Positions 27,526-40,079 are shown, counted from the stretch's first letter. The stretch is DNA of 64,000 nucleotides from Eledone cirrhosa (GCA_964016885.1 OZ024759.1:23808001-23872000); one strand, 5' to 3'. A program made the numbers and translations. The notes: generated by a model not told the origin, from the sequence alone.

Positions 27526-28108
27526 ACCTGGTGCCAACACTTTTAATTGCCTTTTACGATACACAGGGATAGAGTGTAGTTAGTCTCCCTTCCTGGTGCC
27601 AACCCTTTTAGTCACCTCTTACAACACACAAGGATACAGTGTATCTATTCTCCCTTCCTGGGCAAACCTTTTAGTCCCCTCTTATGATATGCAGATATAT
27701 GCTGTAGCTATCCTCTCTTCTAGATGCCAACCCCTTTAGTCATCTTGTACAACACACAGGGATACAATGAAATTATTCTTATGACATGCAGGGATGCAGT
27801 GTAGTTGTTCTCCCTTCCTGGTGCTAACCCCTTTAGCTGCTTCTTACAACACACAGAAATATGATGTATCTATTCTCCCTTCCTAGGGCCAATTCTTTTA
27901 GTCATCTTTTATGACACACAGGGGTACAGTGTAGCTATCCTCCCTTCCTGGTACCAACCGCTTTAGCCACTTCTTATGACATACACAGATGTGATGTAGC
28001 TATTCTCTCTATAGTTCTTTGTTTTTCATTGTTTACAAAATTTAAAACTTCGTCTCATTCTGTGTTTTGTTTTCAGGTAATTGGCTGCTTAGGTTGCGCA
28101 AAGCTAAA

Positions 28109-28326
28109 ATGTCATCATCACCTCACAAGTCTGCTCGCTGTGACGACAAAATCTGCGATGAGTTGGTGAACCCTACTGCAGAAATGGTGAAAGATGAATG
28201 TGCAGTAGCCAATCGCTTTGAAGAACTCTTCAACTCTCCTCATTTCAGCGACATCCGTTTGAACATTTGCGGAGATATTTATTACGCCCACAAGTTTCTG
28301 TTAGTCACAGCAAGTGAAGTGTTCAA
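28109..28326 (+). CDS. BTBD17: BTB/POZ-BACK domain protein (BTBD17-like), coding exon 1
   Basis: Acceptor ttttgttttcag at 28076, ATG at 28109 (MSSSPHKS), BTB N-terminal motif LFNSPHFSDIRLNICGDIYYAHKFLLVTASEVF, donor AA|GTAAGT at 28327 (phase 2). The symbol means BTBD17-like; orthology is untested. Confidence 0.9.
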
Positions 28327-29568
28327 GTAAGTAATGTGTGGACCCTGTTGATGTTTTAAACCCTTTTGATTACCAATCTGTTTGAAAGTGGTCCCTGCTT
28401 CAACAATACAAAACTGGTTAGTTTCTATAAGATATCATCATCATCATCACTGTTTAATGTCTATTTTCTGTACTTGCTTGGGTTAGACAGGTTGTCATGT
28501 ACTGAGTCTAGACTGGTCAGGTAACTATGTCTTACTCATACTTTCTGTTTTGGGGGCTGGTTTCTATTGTTGGTTTGTCTTCCTAATACTAACCACTTTA
28601 CAGTGTGTACTGGGAGCATTTTATATGGTCTCCATTATTACCACCTTACAGAGTAAACTGGGTGATTTTTGTTGTGAAACCAGTATGACCATGATACAGC
28701 ACATACCAGGTGCATTTTATCATGACTCTGGCACTACTTTCTTCTTGAGAGAGTCATGGGAGCAGTCCTCAGATATGTCTTGTGTCCTATCAAAAGCAGT
28801 TGTCTACAAATGATTGATGGATTTGCAAGGAAGACCAACTGAGCTTATGAATGTTATCCCACCATCCTGCTCCTGGTCTACCTCTGAGTTCTGCCAGTTA
28901 ACTTTTCTTGTCAATAATGGTTTCTGATTTAGACACAAGGCCAACAATTTTGGGGGAGAAAAAGTCAATTAAATCGCCCCTAACATTTTTTAATCAAAAA
29001 ACAAAACAAGAGTTTATTTCCTCTCCAGGTCTGAACACAGCCAATTTCTTCTAGAGAAGAAGAGAGAAATTTACAAAGAGGAAGTAAGAAAGAGGATAGA
29101 GGAAGAATTGACCTCAGTACTGGACTGGTACTTTTTTTTTTTTTATTAACCTTGAAAATATGAAAGCAGAGTTGACCTTGGCAGGTTTTGAACTCTGAGC
29201 ACAGAAGACCTGAAAAACACTACAAAGCATTCTATCCAATGTTCTAACAATTCTGCTAAATCATAGGCAGAGTATTTCATTAGGACTATAGTAATGAAAG
29301 TGTTAAAGTGTTTATATTTATCTAAAAACCTTCTACCATAATTTTATGTAAGAACTTCTGTTAAGTTGTACTTCTAAATGTAGTCGTTAGAGGTTGATTT
29401 AATTGACTCTCTCCTCCCCAAAATTGATTGCCTTGGGCCTAAACCTGAAACCAATATTAAATCTCTCCAAATTCCTGATTATTTGAAAAGTTATTTGAAA
29501 ATTATAGGCTGTGTCTGTTATTAGAACCAGGGATAGTTTTAAGGCACTTTGCTATTTAATGGGTATAA

Positions 29569-29787
29569 CCCTTTAGCATTTACATTACTCTATATATGGT
29601 ATTGTATTTTCATGGTAAACACTTTATCTTACATAATTATCTCACACAATATCGAATCTATGAGATTTTGATATTATTTATTTTGAGATATACCTTAAAA
29701 TCAGTATGAGTGGCTGGTTATGGTCGGTTTGGACTGAAAGAGGTGAGAGAATTCTGGCCGGATATGGCCAGTTAAAATGCTAAAGGG
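29569..29787. mobile_element. piggyBac-like MITE (intron of BTB gene)
   Basis: TIRs CCCTTTAGCATTT / AAATGCTAAAGGG with TTAA on the right; related copies at 17711-17885, 19961-20158 and 33821-34028. Confidence 0.75.
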
Positions 29788-29839
29788 TTAAAGTGTTCTT
29801 ATAGTTGATTTTCATAATTTTCTTTTATTTTTTCCACAG

Positions 29840-29938
29840 TGCAATGTTAAATGAAGAAAGATGGAAGGAATCTCGTCAACCAGAAATTGAATTAAATGAG
29901 ACTGATGAATGTATTCCAGTTTTTGGACAATTCTTGAG
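29840..29938 (+). CDS. BTBD17: BTB/POZ-BACK protein, coding exon 2 (99 nt, not in ORF track)
   Basis: ttttttccacag| exon |GTAAAT, phase 2 at both ends; translates (N)AMLNEERWKESRQPEIELNETDECIPVFGQFL(R), the typical BTB 'AML..W.ES...I.L......F..FL.Y.Y' segment joining exons 1 and 3 in frame. Confidence 0.9.
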
Positions 29939-30159
29939 GTAAATAAGCCAAACCCTCCTTAAAAATTTGTGGCCATATCCTAATGAATTACACTCTATTT
30001 CAATTGAGTAATGGAGAATTTTGAAGAAATTACATTAAGATTATTAATTATTTCATTACTAAGACATATATATATATATTCAACCCATGCTAGCGTGAAA
30101 GATGGATGTTAAACGATGATGATGAGGATGATTTGACTTTTACACAAGTATATACAGAG

Positions 30160-30192
<33 letters not shown>

Positions 30193-31065
30193 CATATATA
30201 CTCATGTAAAAGTCAAATTTTTAGACCATTTTTTAAGGTTAAATATATTACATGGATATTATATTTGAGGGGCTTGAAATTCAGGCTAGAATCCAATGTA
30301 ACATATCATTCGCAGAAGCTCAACTGATCTCTAAATGTATAAAAACAAAAACTATGAATTACAGTAATATTACCAATTCTATGCATCAAAACACACGTCC
30401 TAGTAAATAACAAAATCTATAAACAAGTGCACATAGCTTTTACTCATATCCATCAAACTTAACAGACTAGATTAATGCAATCAATTAATATCTCATAATT
30501 AATGTATATTACCATGGCTAATATATCTACTGGTATGCAACTACCTGCTGTAATACTCTGCACATGGCTAAATATTTCAACATGATATTTTGGGGTTATT
30601 TCCTGCTCTGTATGTTAATGAGTTTAAACAACTCATAAACATAATTGGAATTCTATAAGAATACAGCTTCTACAGCTCACAGCAAAAACAATGGATATAT
30701 AGCCTTGATAACCGCTAAACAGCAAGAAACGATCGTCGGTTATTTCCCTTTGTTTTTACTGAAGCTAGGTATGTGACTATAGTCACTACTTTAAATTCAG
30801 AACGAAAGGCCTTCAAAATATTTTAAAATAAACATAAAGTATATTATTAAATATACAATACGTACATTCATACGAGCGAGACACGGTCACCCGACCAATC
30901 TTGCCCCAAATGGGACAATTCCCATCTAAACCCATGCTAATGTGGAAGATAGACGTTGAATGATGATGATGATATATATATACTCTTTTACTAGTTGTAA
31001 TCATTGGAGTGCTGTCATTCTTTGTTGCATGTTTGGCTCAATTTTGTCATTTCCATGTGTTTCAG

Positions 31066-32164
31066 GTATATATATTGTGGTAAAGTTGAACTAACGACAG
31101 ACACAACTCTTCCGATACTCTTACTTGCCGACAAATACTCCCTGGCCAGCTTGCGTAAATCCTGTGTAGATTATATGCTGCGACACATCGTGGAATCTCC
31201 GGACACAAACAGAACACTGACATGGTACCAGTATGCCAAAATGACCAATCAGGATGAGTTGGCAGCCAATTGCTTAAAATTCATCACGTCAAACTTTGAC
31301 CTCATTCTTCGCACGGCCGACTGGCTGGACGTTTCTGATTCCGAAGTTGAAGAGTTCTTGAAAAACTCTGAACTTCTTGTTAGCAGTGAAGCTGCTTTGT
31401 GGAAGGAGGTTGAAAAATGGCTGGTTGTTTCCGAAAGCCGACTGGAAAAAACCGAAGATAATCTAGCGAAAATAATTCCTCTGTTACGCTTCAGCATGAT
31501 GACACCGCGCCAACTTCTGGATATTGAATCTTCCAACCTGTGTCGTAACAACCCAGACATTTTCAGTCCACCGTTAAATGCTGCCTACCGTTATCATTCA
31601 CTTTCGTCTGATGTTCTTACAGATATTGGTAAAGAACCTTACCGGAATTACACAGATGATACTTATTCCATCTGCTGCAAAATAGGTCTTCAGAAGTACC
31701 GAGAGGTGACGAAAATCAACAGCAAAGTCGATGCTGTGTTTGATGTGCCCATTGTTTATGCTGCTCCATCTCGTACAGTTGTTAAGAAATTTACTTTCCG
31801 CGTAGAATTTTTCTCCAAGGGCTATTTCAGTGCATATAGCCTGTACGGGCGATACCTTGGTCGTCAGACAGACATGACTATGATGAACATAGACTGCACT
31901 GTGACGCCAGACCTTGCACTTCAGGCAGAGTTCACGATTGTGTTTTACGGCAAAAAGAAAGATTTGGAGTATGTAGTGTACACCTACCATGGCGCACACA
32001 CGTTTTGTCGAGATAGTTGTGGAGCTGTTGTCGAGAATGTGATACCATTGAAATTGTTGACACAGAAAGATTCTGTGTATCTGATTGATGGGAACTTAGT
32101 AGGAAGTGTTTTTATAAAAGTACAGAAGGTTATACAAACCTCACAGAATTTTAGTAACAACTAG
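31066..32164 (+). CDS. BTBD17: BTB/POZ-BACK protein, coding exon 3 (end of BTB, BACK domain, C-terminal domain)
   Basis: Acceptor gtgtttcag at 31065; YIYCGKVEL...LLLADKY (BTB end), WYQYA, BACK motifs L.VSSE..LW..V.KW and IIPLLRFSMM; TAG at 32162-32164. Spliced CDS 218+99+1099=1416 nt (471 aa); no Kelch repeats seen. Confidence 0.93.
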
Positions 32165-32413
32165 AGATGTACGTACATTTGCCTATGCTTTGCTGAGGAT
32201 AACTTTATATACATCATAACAGAATATTTTACATCTATATGTATGTGTGTATGTATGCATGTATGTTTGTATATATATATGTTTGTATGTATATATATAT
32301 ATATATATATACACATGTATGTTCATATATATATATATATAGTGTCCATATATATTATATGTATGCATGTTCATATATATATATGTTCCTTCATATACAT
32401 ATATATGTATGTG

Positions 32414-32445
<32 letters not shown>

Positions 32446-32782
32446 TACATACTAACATACATAAACATAACTAAAAAACAAAATAAAAAGAGGGAGATTT
32501 TTCTTTTTAAATCTCCTTTTTTTGATATTCTCCACGTGGCTGTGAAACATTTTTTCCATAAGATTTCTTTTTAAAATCCAGATTTAAAACAAAAACAAAA
32601 AAAAAAAAACGTAAAAAACATCATTTATTTATTTTTAGTATAGATACGAAATGAATTTTAACAAAGTTAAAAACCTGTACTTTTGTTGTAAAACGGTTAA
32701 TTTTGTAGAAAATTATCAATATTATCCATTGTTTTATTTTATTTAATTAATCCTTTTATATTTTTATTTAATATGTGAAGAA

Positions 32783-32814
<32 letters not shown>

Positions 32815-32914
32815 TTTTTATATTTTGATGAAGATTATTATGAATGATGAAGATTATTGTAAAACTTCATAAAGCATTACATTATTTTAATTTTTATTAT
32901 TAATTCTGACAATA

Positions 32915-33350
32915 AAGGCAGTAGATTAGCAGAATTGGTAGAGCATCGGACAACATGCTTTGTGGCATATAGTTACGGCCCTTTACTTTCTGAGTTCAAA
33001 TCCTGCCAAGATTAGCTTTGCCTTTCATTCTTACATGATCGATAAAATAAAGTACCAGTTAGCACTGGGGTAAATTTAATCAATCGCCTTTCCCCTCCGC
33101 CAAAATTGCTGGCTTTGAGCCTAAATCAGAAACCGTTATTAACCGTAGTAGAACATTGGACAACTTGCTTTGCAGCATATAGTTATGGCCCTTTACTTTC
33201 TGAGTTGAAATCCTGCCAAGATAAGCTTTGCTTTTCATCTTTATCTAGTCGATAATTTAAAATACCATTAACAACCTGGGGTTGATTTAATCAACTCCCC
33301 ACTCTTCCCTTTCAAATTGCTGGGCTTGTGCCAAATGTAAAAACAATTAT
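32915..33350 (+). mobile_element. Two tandem family-2 SINE copies
   Basis: B box GAGTTCAAATCC and GCCTTTCATTC..GATCGATAAA core present twice. Confidence 0.7.
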
Positions 33351-33820
33351 TATCGCAGAAATGCTAAAATGCCTTCCTTGCTCTATTTAAATTTTATATA
33401 TTAACCCTATGACTGAAGCCCTTTCGTGATCACATTTCTAATGAAATATGCTCCATTCCAATTAATTTATGAAGAATTTTATTATTAAGGATTTTATTAA
33501 AATTATAAATTATTTCTTTCCTAAGACAGTAACTTAACATATGGTTCTTATATAAAATCATGTCAGAAGATTTTTTATTTAAAATGGGTGGTTTTGTTTC
33601 ATAGAACCAGAGCTGGTTTTGGTTGGATTTGTATGAAGAGGGTTCTGGAAGAACTTTGAGTGATTTCCTAAATTTATTATTTGATTACAAAAATGGTATT
33701 TGTAACATATGGTTCTTGTATAAAATTATGTTGAAATTTAAATAGAAACTTTTTAAAATGGGTGGTTTTATTTTAGAGAACTAAAGCCACCATTGGCTCG
33801 GTTGATATCAAAAGAGTTAA

Positions 33821-34028
33821 TCCTTCAGCATTTACATTACTCTTTATATACTATTATAATTTCACGGTAAAGGTTTCATCTCACATATTATCAAATCTAT
33901 GAGATTTTGATAGTATTTATTTTGAGAACAATAACTTAACATAAGTCTGAGTAGCCAGTTACAGCCAGTTTGAACAAAAAGTGGTGAGAAAATTCTGGAC
34001 GGATATGGCCTGCTTAAATGCTAAAGGG
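33821..34028. mobile_element. piggyBac-like MITE
   Basis: TTAA on both sides; same internal sequence as 29569-29787. Confidence 0.7.
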
Positions 34029-36499
34029 TTAAGCAAAAATTTCATTTAAATTATAATACAAAAATACAAAAAACAAAGACATTCCTCTGCCTCCTGAGTT
34101 CAAATCCCAGAGAGGTCAACTTTGCTCTTTGTCTTTCTGAGCTTGATAGAAAAGAATAAGATATGTACTTGTACCGTCTTCTAGTGTGGGAAATCACATC
34201 CAGCTCTTCACATTCTGAGTTCAAATCCTGTTGCGGTCAATTTTGCCCTTTTCATCTTTCTGAGGGTTGATGATAAAACAAAATACCAGTCATGTATCAG
34301 GGTTTGATGTAATTGACATTTTTATTTTGCCAAAATTACATTGTGCCTAAATTATAAACAATTGTTATTTGTTGAAGACTATGTCTTTGGATAAGCTCTG
34401 AGAAGGTTCTTCACTAAACTATTTTTTTTTTCTATTTTTTTTCTTTTTGTTTTTGAACTGCATTTAGTTGAAGGAAAGAAAAATGAATTTTCTTTTTTAT
34501 TTTCTATTATTTATTTTAAAATATTATAAGAGCTGTGGATTGGCAGTATCAGTAGAAGATCGGACGCCGTGATTTGCAGCATAGAGTTACGCCCCTTTAC
34601 GGTTTGAGTTCAAATTCCACCGAGGTTAACTTTGCCTTTCATCCTTATGGGGTCGATAATATAAAGCACCAGTAATGCACTGGGGGTAATTGCTGGCCTT
34701 GTGCCAAAAGTAGAAAGAATTATTATTTATTTATACATCACATGTTTAGAAGATGGCAGTGGAATTTGAAAATTGAATTGAATTGTTATCTTTCACTGCA
34801 GAAAATAGTCTTGTAATAACGGTGTATAAGTGCCCTGAACGGAAAAACATGGGCATTCATGGGAAATGAACCACCACCTCTTATTTTCACGATGAGAGTG
34901 CTAACTGATTACACCAACTTGCCCACCCCATTATTTATTTTATTAATTAGTAGCAGCACAAGGGCGCTGGATTGCTATTATTGGTAGGGTGTTGGCCAAT
35001 ATGCTTTGTGTCATATAGTTACATCAATTTATGTTATGAGTTCAAAAATCCTACTGAGGTTAGCTTTACCTTTCATCATTATGGGATCGATAAAATAAAG
35101 CACCAGTAATACACTGTGATAGATTTAATCGACTTCCCCCCCTCCTAAATTATTGGCCTTGTACCTAAATCAGAAACTATTATACATAAACATATTGTAT
35201 ATAGGAAGCTGTGAATAAGCAGAATCATCAGAACTTTGGACAGAATGCTTTGTGGCATTCATTCCGGCTCTCTGCACTTTCTGAGTTCAAATCCTGCTGA
35301 TGTCATCCTTTCAAGGTTGATAAACAGAGGACCAATCTAGTACTTAGGTTGATCTTTCCTCTGTATCTCTTTCTCCTTTCCTCTCCCTTTCACTCAGCTC
35401 ATTTCTTCCACAGAAGGAGAATATGTTCAGATATGGAGAGGGATGCGCTCTGCCAAGTTTAAAATGCCCAAGACATGTGTGTCACTACAGTGCCTCTTTG
35501 ACTCTATCAGCAGTTACAGATCCATACATACCTTGTGTGATGGCTTAACACTACAGAAACCAAGATAAACACAAGCCCGATGAGCCTCTGGGGTTTGAGA
35601 CAGATTTTAGACATATATTATATATGGTTCCATACAAGCCTTTATTTTATTATATTTATATATTTTATGGTGAATCTAAAGACATTGTGAGTGAGAGGTG
35701 TCAAATGTTACATCAAGGACCAGCTATTGTATATTATGTCTTGACAATAATGTAAACTCTTCATTCAGAAAGTCACCAGGAGATTGTCTGTTCACTGACT
35801 CTTGACTATTAACTATGTGTTAATTGTTGATTGTGTTAACTACCTATTAACTGTTAACTATATTAACTGTTAAATGTCTATTAACTGTTAACTGTCTTTT
35901 AACTCTTAACTGTGTGTTAACTGTTTTTTAACTGTCTTTTAAGTGTTAACTGTTAAATGCCTATTAACTGGTTACTGGCTGTTGATAATTGACTGTGACT
36001 GTTACCTGTCTTTTAACTGTTTTTTAACTGTCAACTATGTGTTAACTGTCAACTGACTATGAACTGTGTGTTAACGTTTAACTCCTAACTGTGTGTTAAC
36101 TATCAACTCCATGGTGTTTTACATTTATTTACTGTTTGTTTGTTTATGTCTCATAACTTATCAGTTCAACAAGAAAGGGATCATCGGCAAAATAAGTATC
36201 ATCATCATCATCACCACCACCATTTAACGTCCACTTTTCCACGCTGGCATGGGTTAGACGAGTTATCTTGTTGTGAGGAATGCCATTCAGATGAGGTTTA
36301 CGATGTGAGGATAAATAATTTGATATCTTGATTGTATCTTACTACAGTGAGCGTAAACCATAGTTCTTCCCACCTACTCTGTCTACCATTCATGGTGGCA
36401 CACCAGTGGGTCATGACACTGCCCTTCTGCTTCATAGTCATAACAACAAACATTTCAAGGATATTTTCCTCTGCTAAAACAGATAAACAAATACTGGGG

Positions 36500-36680
36500 T
36501 TTGTCCAGCTTCTTCCACTTCGCTTTTGAGACCTCAGGCGTACTTGGACCTTGTATTGTTGAGTTCCTCCGCAAGATCGGAACGTCAGCGGCCCATCTGA
36601 GGTGGGGTGGCTGTTGCTGTAGGTGTCGCTGGCCATTGTCTGTAGGAATGCTTTTGCAGTCTTGTCCACAGGGCGCAGCA
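36500..36680 (+). mobile_element. CRE-like non-LTR 3' fragment
   Basis: FFHFAFETSGVLGP..EFLRKIG...VSLAIVCRNAFAVL; related to 38280-38450 and 50820-50990. Confidence 0.55.
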
Positions 36681-38149
36681 ACCCCATTATCGCCGCACCC
36701 TAGGCCTAGAACCCAATCGTTCTCAGCCTCTCCCCTCCTCATTCTTCTGTGACTCTAGAGCCCTTGCTATTCCCTTCCTTTTCCGTTTTTTTTTTTTAAA
36801 TATATTTTCTTATTTTCTATACTTGGAATTCAAAATTAACTTTTAGCATGCTGAATTTTTTATGAATTACTTCCCATATGTATTAAGGGGAGATTACTCT
36901 ATCAGCAACATAATGCACCAAGAGCGCCCAGAAGGTTGAAGAACGTACACATTCTCTTCGTAAATCTCATTGGGTAGGATTGGGACAAACTTAAACAGTG
37001 TTTAGCCTAGCGGGCCCAGTGACGGACTCCATATTAACCATGGGCTCAGGTAGTTTTTGAAGCAATTTTTTTACAGCTGGATGTCCTTCCTTGTGACAAC
37101 ACTTTTAGTTGCCTCTCATAATGTAGGAGAGAGAGAAATTCTTACAAAGCCATAAAAGACCAAATAAATCAGGCTCTCATAATTTTTATTTTTCTAATAG
37201 AAAAGTTGTAGCTGGAAGTTGATAGTTTTCAAATAATTTTTTCTATAAAGCAATGTAAATATATATAATTGTTTCTACTTTTGGCACAAGGCCAGCAATT
37301 ATCCCAGTGTATTATATATGTAAATATATATAATGTATGTATGTATTACTGAGATTACCTCCGTTGCTACTCTAAGATTCATGTTTCATACTTTGGTATT
37401 GAGCACTTTTTCTTCATATTTGTAAACCCAAATGTGTGCATACATATATATATATGTGTGTGTACATATATATATATATATATATATACATCATGCATGC
37501 ATGCAGTATCGGTAGAGGGTCGGACACCATGCTTTGATGCATAGAGTTACAGTTCTTGCCATTCAGAGTTCAAATCCTGCGGAGGTTAACTTTGCCTTTC
37601 ATCCTTACGAGGTCGATAAAATAAAGTACCAGTAATGCACTGCGTAATTGCTGGCCTTGTGCCAAAAGTAGAAACAATTATATATATAGAAATGACTTCT
37701 ACAGGACTAGAACTGTTTTTTTTGTATGAAATCATCCGGAATATCTATATATATAAGAGAAATTCAACATATTTGGTCACCTGTCATTTTACTTTATAAT
37801 TCATTTTAATTTGTAATGTATATATCAATGTTTCAGTGTACCACAGCAACCACAACATAAAAATAAATTTAAAGGAGTTCACTTCACCACATACTCTCTG
37901 TCCAGTATCTGGGCTTCTATTAATATCGGCTTCATTCCAAGTCTTGAAATATTTCTTCTGTATGAATGAAATGTATTTTATTAAATATTTGAACATTATG
38001 CTTTCATTTTGTTTGTTTGTTTAACCATTTTTTGTTGCTGGGTTTTTGTTTAAAATTACGTATTACACCTCCAACCATGTTGCTTTGACCACGAACCTGG
38101 ACTCCACTGCTTGCAATATGGAGGAGAGGAAGATAGTCAAATACCATGG

Positions 38150-38625
38150 TCTGTTTTTATAGGTAAAACCAACTGACAGGAAACTCGGGGTAGACCCAGA
38201 GCAAGATAGTTGGATAACATCCATGAGCTTGGCTTGCCTCAATTGGGGCTCCAGCCTGATTAATTGGAGACAGTTGCTTCTGACTTCTTCCTCTTTGCAC
38301 TAGTCTCTATTGAGACCGCTGGCATTCTTGGTCACCACACTGCTGATTTCCTCTGTAAAGACAGAAAGGCGGCAGTCCATTTGAGGAGGGAGCTCCATGA
38401 GGTAGGTTGGCTGTTGCAGCAGGTGTCTCTGGCCATTGTCTGCAGGGCAAGGCTGAGGCAGAGTCCTCAAGTGCACTCTTCAGCAAGTTCTGTCACAAGC
38501 AACCACCTCCAATTGATTCAGCTGGATCCCAAAGAGAGACCAACTGAGCTCATGGAAATTACCCAATCATCTTGTTTGAGGACTACCCCGAGGTCTTCTG
38601 CCAGTTGGTTTTGCCCATAAAATCT
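38150..38625. mobile_element. Composite: RTE 3' fragment (+), CRE-like fragment (+), RTE 3' fragment (-)
   Basis: 38160-38283 and 38480-38625 are inverted copies of the RTE end also seen at 27320-27460; the middle encodes SIETAGILG...WLLQQVSLAIV. Confidence 0.55.
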
Positions 38626-38654
38626 AGAATATGTATGTATGTATATATGTATGT

Positions 38655-39030
38655 GGAGGCACATGGCTTAGTGGTTAGAGCATTGGGCTTGCAATCGAAA
38701 GGTTGTGAGTTCAATTCTCAGAGCGCGTGATGTGTTGTTTCCTTGAGCAAGACACTTTATTTCACCTTGCTCCAGTTTACTCAGCTGTAGAAATGAGATG
38801 ATAGGGACTTGGGTCCCTATCATTCCACTGCAAAGTGGTCGTGGAGGTGCCTCGGCAAAAAAGCACCCAGCCCACACTGTAAAGTGAACGTGTAGGCGCC
38901 ATGGAAAAAAAGCACCCAGCACTCACTATGAATGAGGCTGGTGTTAGGAAGGGCATCCAGCTGTAGAATCAAGCCAGAATTAGTTCCCGTCCCACCCTTG
39001 CAAGCAGGGAAAAGCGGATGTAAAATGATG
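38655..39030 (+). mobile_element. tRNA-derived SINE (family 1)
   Basis: A box TGGCTTAGTGG, B box GAGTTCAATTC, CCTTGAGCAAGACACTT core; near-identical inverted copies at 6380-6712 and 21185-21509. Confidence 0.8.
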
Positions 39031-39107
39031 ATATATATATATATATATATATATGGTATCCCATAATGATGAGGATACATTTTAAATACATCTCTTGAAT
39101 TATAATA

Positions 39108-39290
39108 ATTGTTTCTACCTTTTGGTACAAGGCCAGTAATTACCCAGTGCATTACTGGTACTTTATTTTATCGACCCCGTAAGGATGAAAGGCAAAGTTA
39201 AACTCGACGGGATTTGAATTCAGAATGGAAAGGGCCGTAACTCTATGCGTCAAAGCATGGCGTCCGACTCTACCGATACTGCCAATCCGT
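39108..39290 (-). mobile_element. tRNA-derived SINE (family 2)
   Basis: Reverse complement of 52472-52655. Confidence 0.8.
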
Positions 39291-39326
39291 CTCCTGAATT
39301 ATAATAATGACATTGAGTGAAAAAAC

Positions 39327-39931
39327 GGCATACGTCAAGACGGGAAGTCTCAAAAGTGAAAGTAAATTTATTTTCATTTTCGAACGTCGTGTTTACATTT
39401 TGTGTGTGTGTTTAGATCTAAATTAGTTACTGAGATTAAAGACAGAATCAGAGCCTCTGTCGTTTTAACTGATTATATATATATATGTATATGTGTGTGT
39501 GTGTGTAGTTGACGGTTGAGAGAAGAGTACTCAATACCGAAGTAATCTTGTAATGAGGCTTGCAGAATGGTGAGTCCGCCATTCTAGACGCTGCTGCCTT
39601 GTAGAAGTCCCAAATCGAAGCTCTGACACTCTCGTCCCCATCATTCAGCAGGGATTTTGCCAGGCAGCCGCATCATCTCCGATGGTTGGGCTTCCTATTC
39701 GGAAATTGAAGGTGGGATTTACGTTCATGATGTTGTGGTGCACGAACGGATTTGTAGATCCTGCGGACCTTGATGTGCACACACAGCTCATAAAGAACAC
39801 ATGGAGCCGTTCAAAGAAGAAGCTTCGTCGCCAGCATGTTTCGTTTGAACACACACAAAATGTAAACACGACGTTCGAAAAGGAAAATAAATTTACTTTC
39901 ACTTTTGAGACCGCCCGTCTTGACGTATGCC
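39327..39931 (+). mobile_element. Merlin (IS1595/IS1016-like) DNA transposon, internally deleted
   Basis: ~83-bp TIRs starting GGCATACGTCAAGACGGG, perfect 8-bp TSD GAAAAAAC (39319-39326 and 39932-39939), frameshifted transposase remnant LVEVPNRSSDTLVPII..ILPGSRIISDGWASY..VVH..FVDP..VHTQLIKNTW. Confidence 0.88.
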
Positions 39932-40069
39932 GAAAAAACAATATATTTATTACTTGACAATAAAATATGTCTATACCACCATCAAATCATTATGGGGTAC
40001 AATATACATAGCGAGGGAGGCGCGAAGTGAGAAATGGGGGGGGGGGGGGGTTAACGTCGAGGCAAGAGT

Positions 40070-40079
40070 GTCACGTGAC
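40070..40079. promoter_or_regulatory. Palindromic E-box GTCACGTGAC (CLEAR/USF-type) in a candidate promoter
   Basis: Perfect 10-bp palindrome in a locally CpG-rich unique patch, with ACA|GTAAGT donor 113 bp downstream. Confidence 0.45.

Noticed and set aside
31004-31065. N-terminal extension of the 386-aa ORF (and of 28067-28108)
   Set aside because: Upstream of the AG acceptor or ATG, with TTG starts; intronic or UTR sequence
38655-38730. tRNA gene
   Set aside because: A and B boxes are present but the acceptor stem does not close, and it continues into a multicopy SINE body
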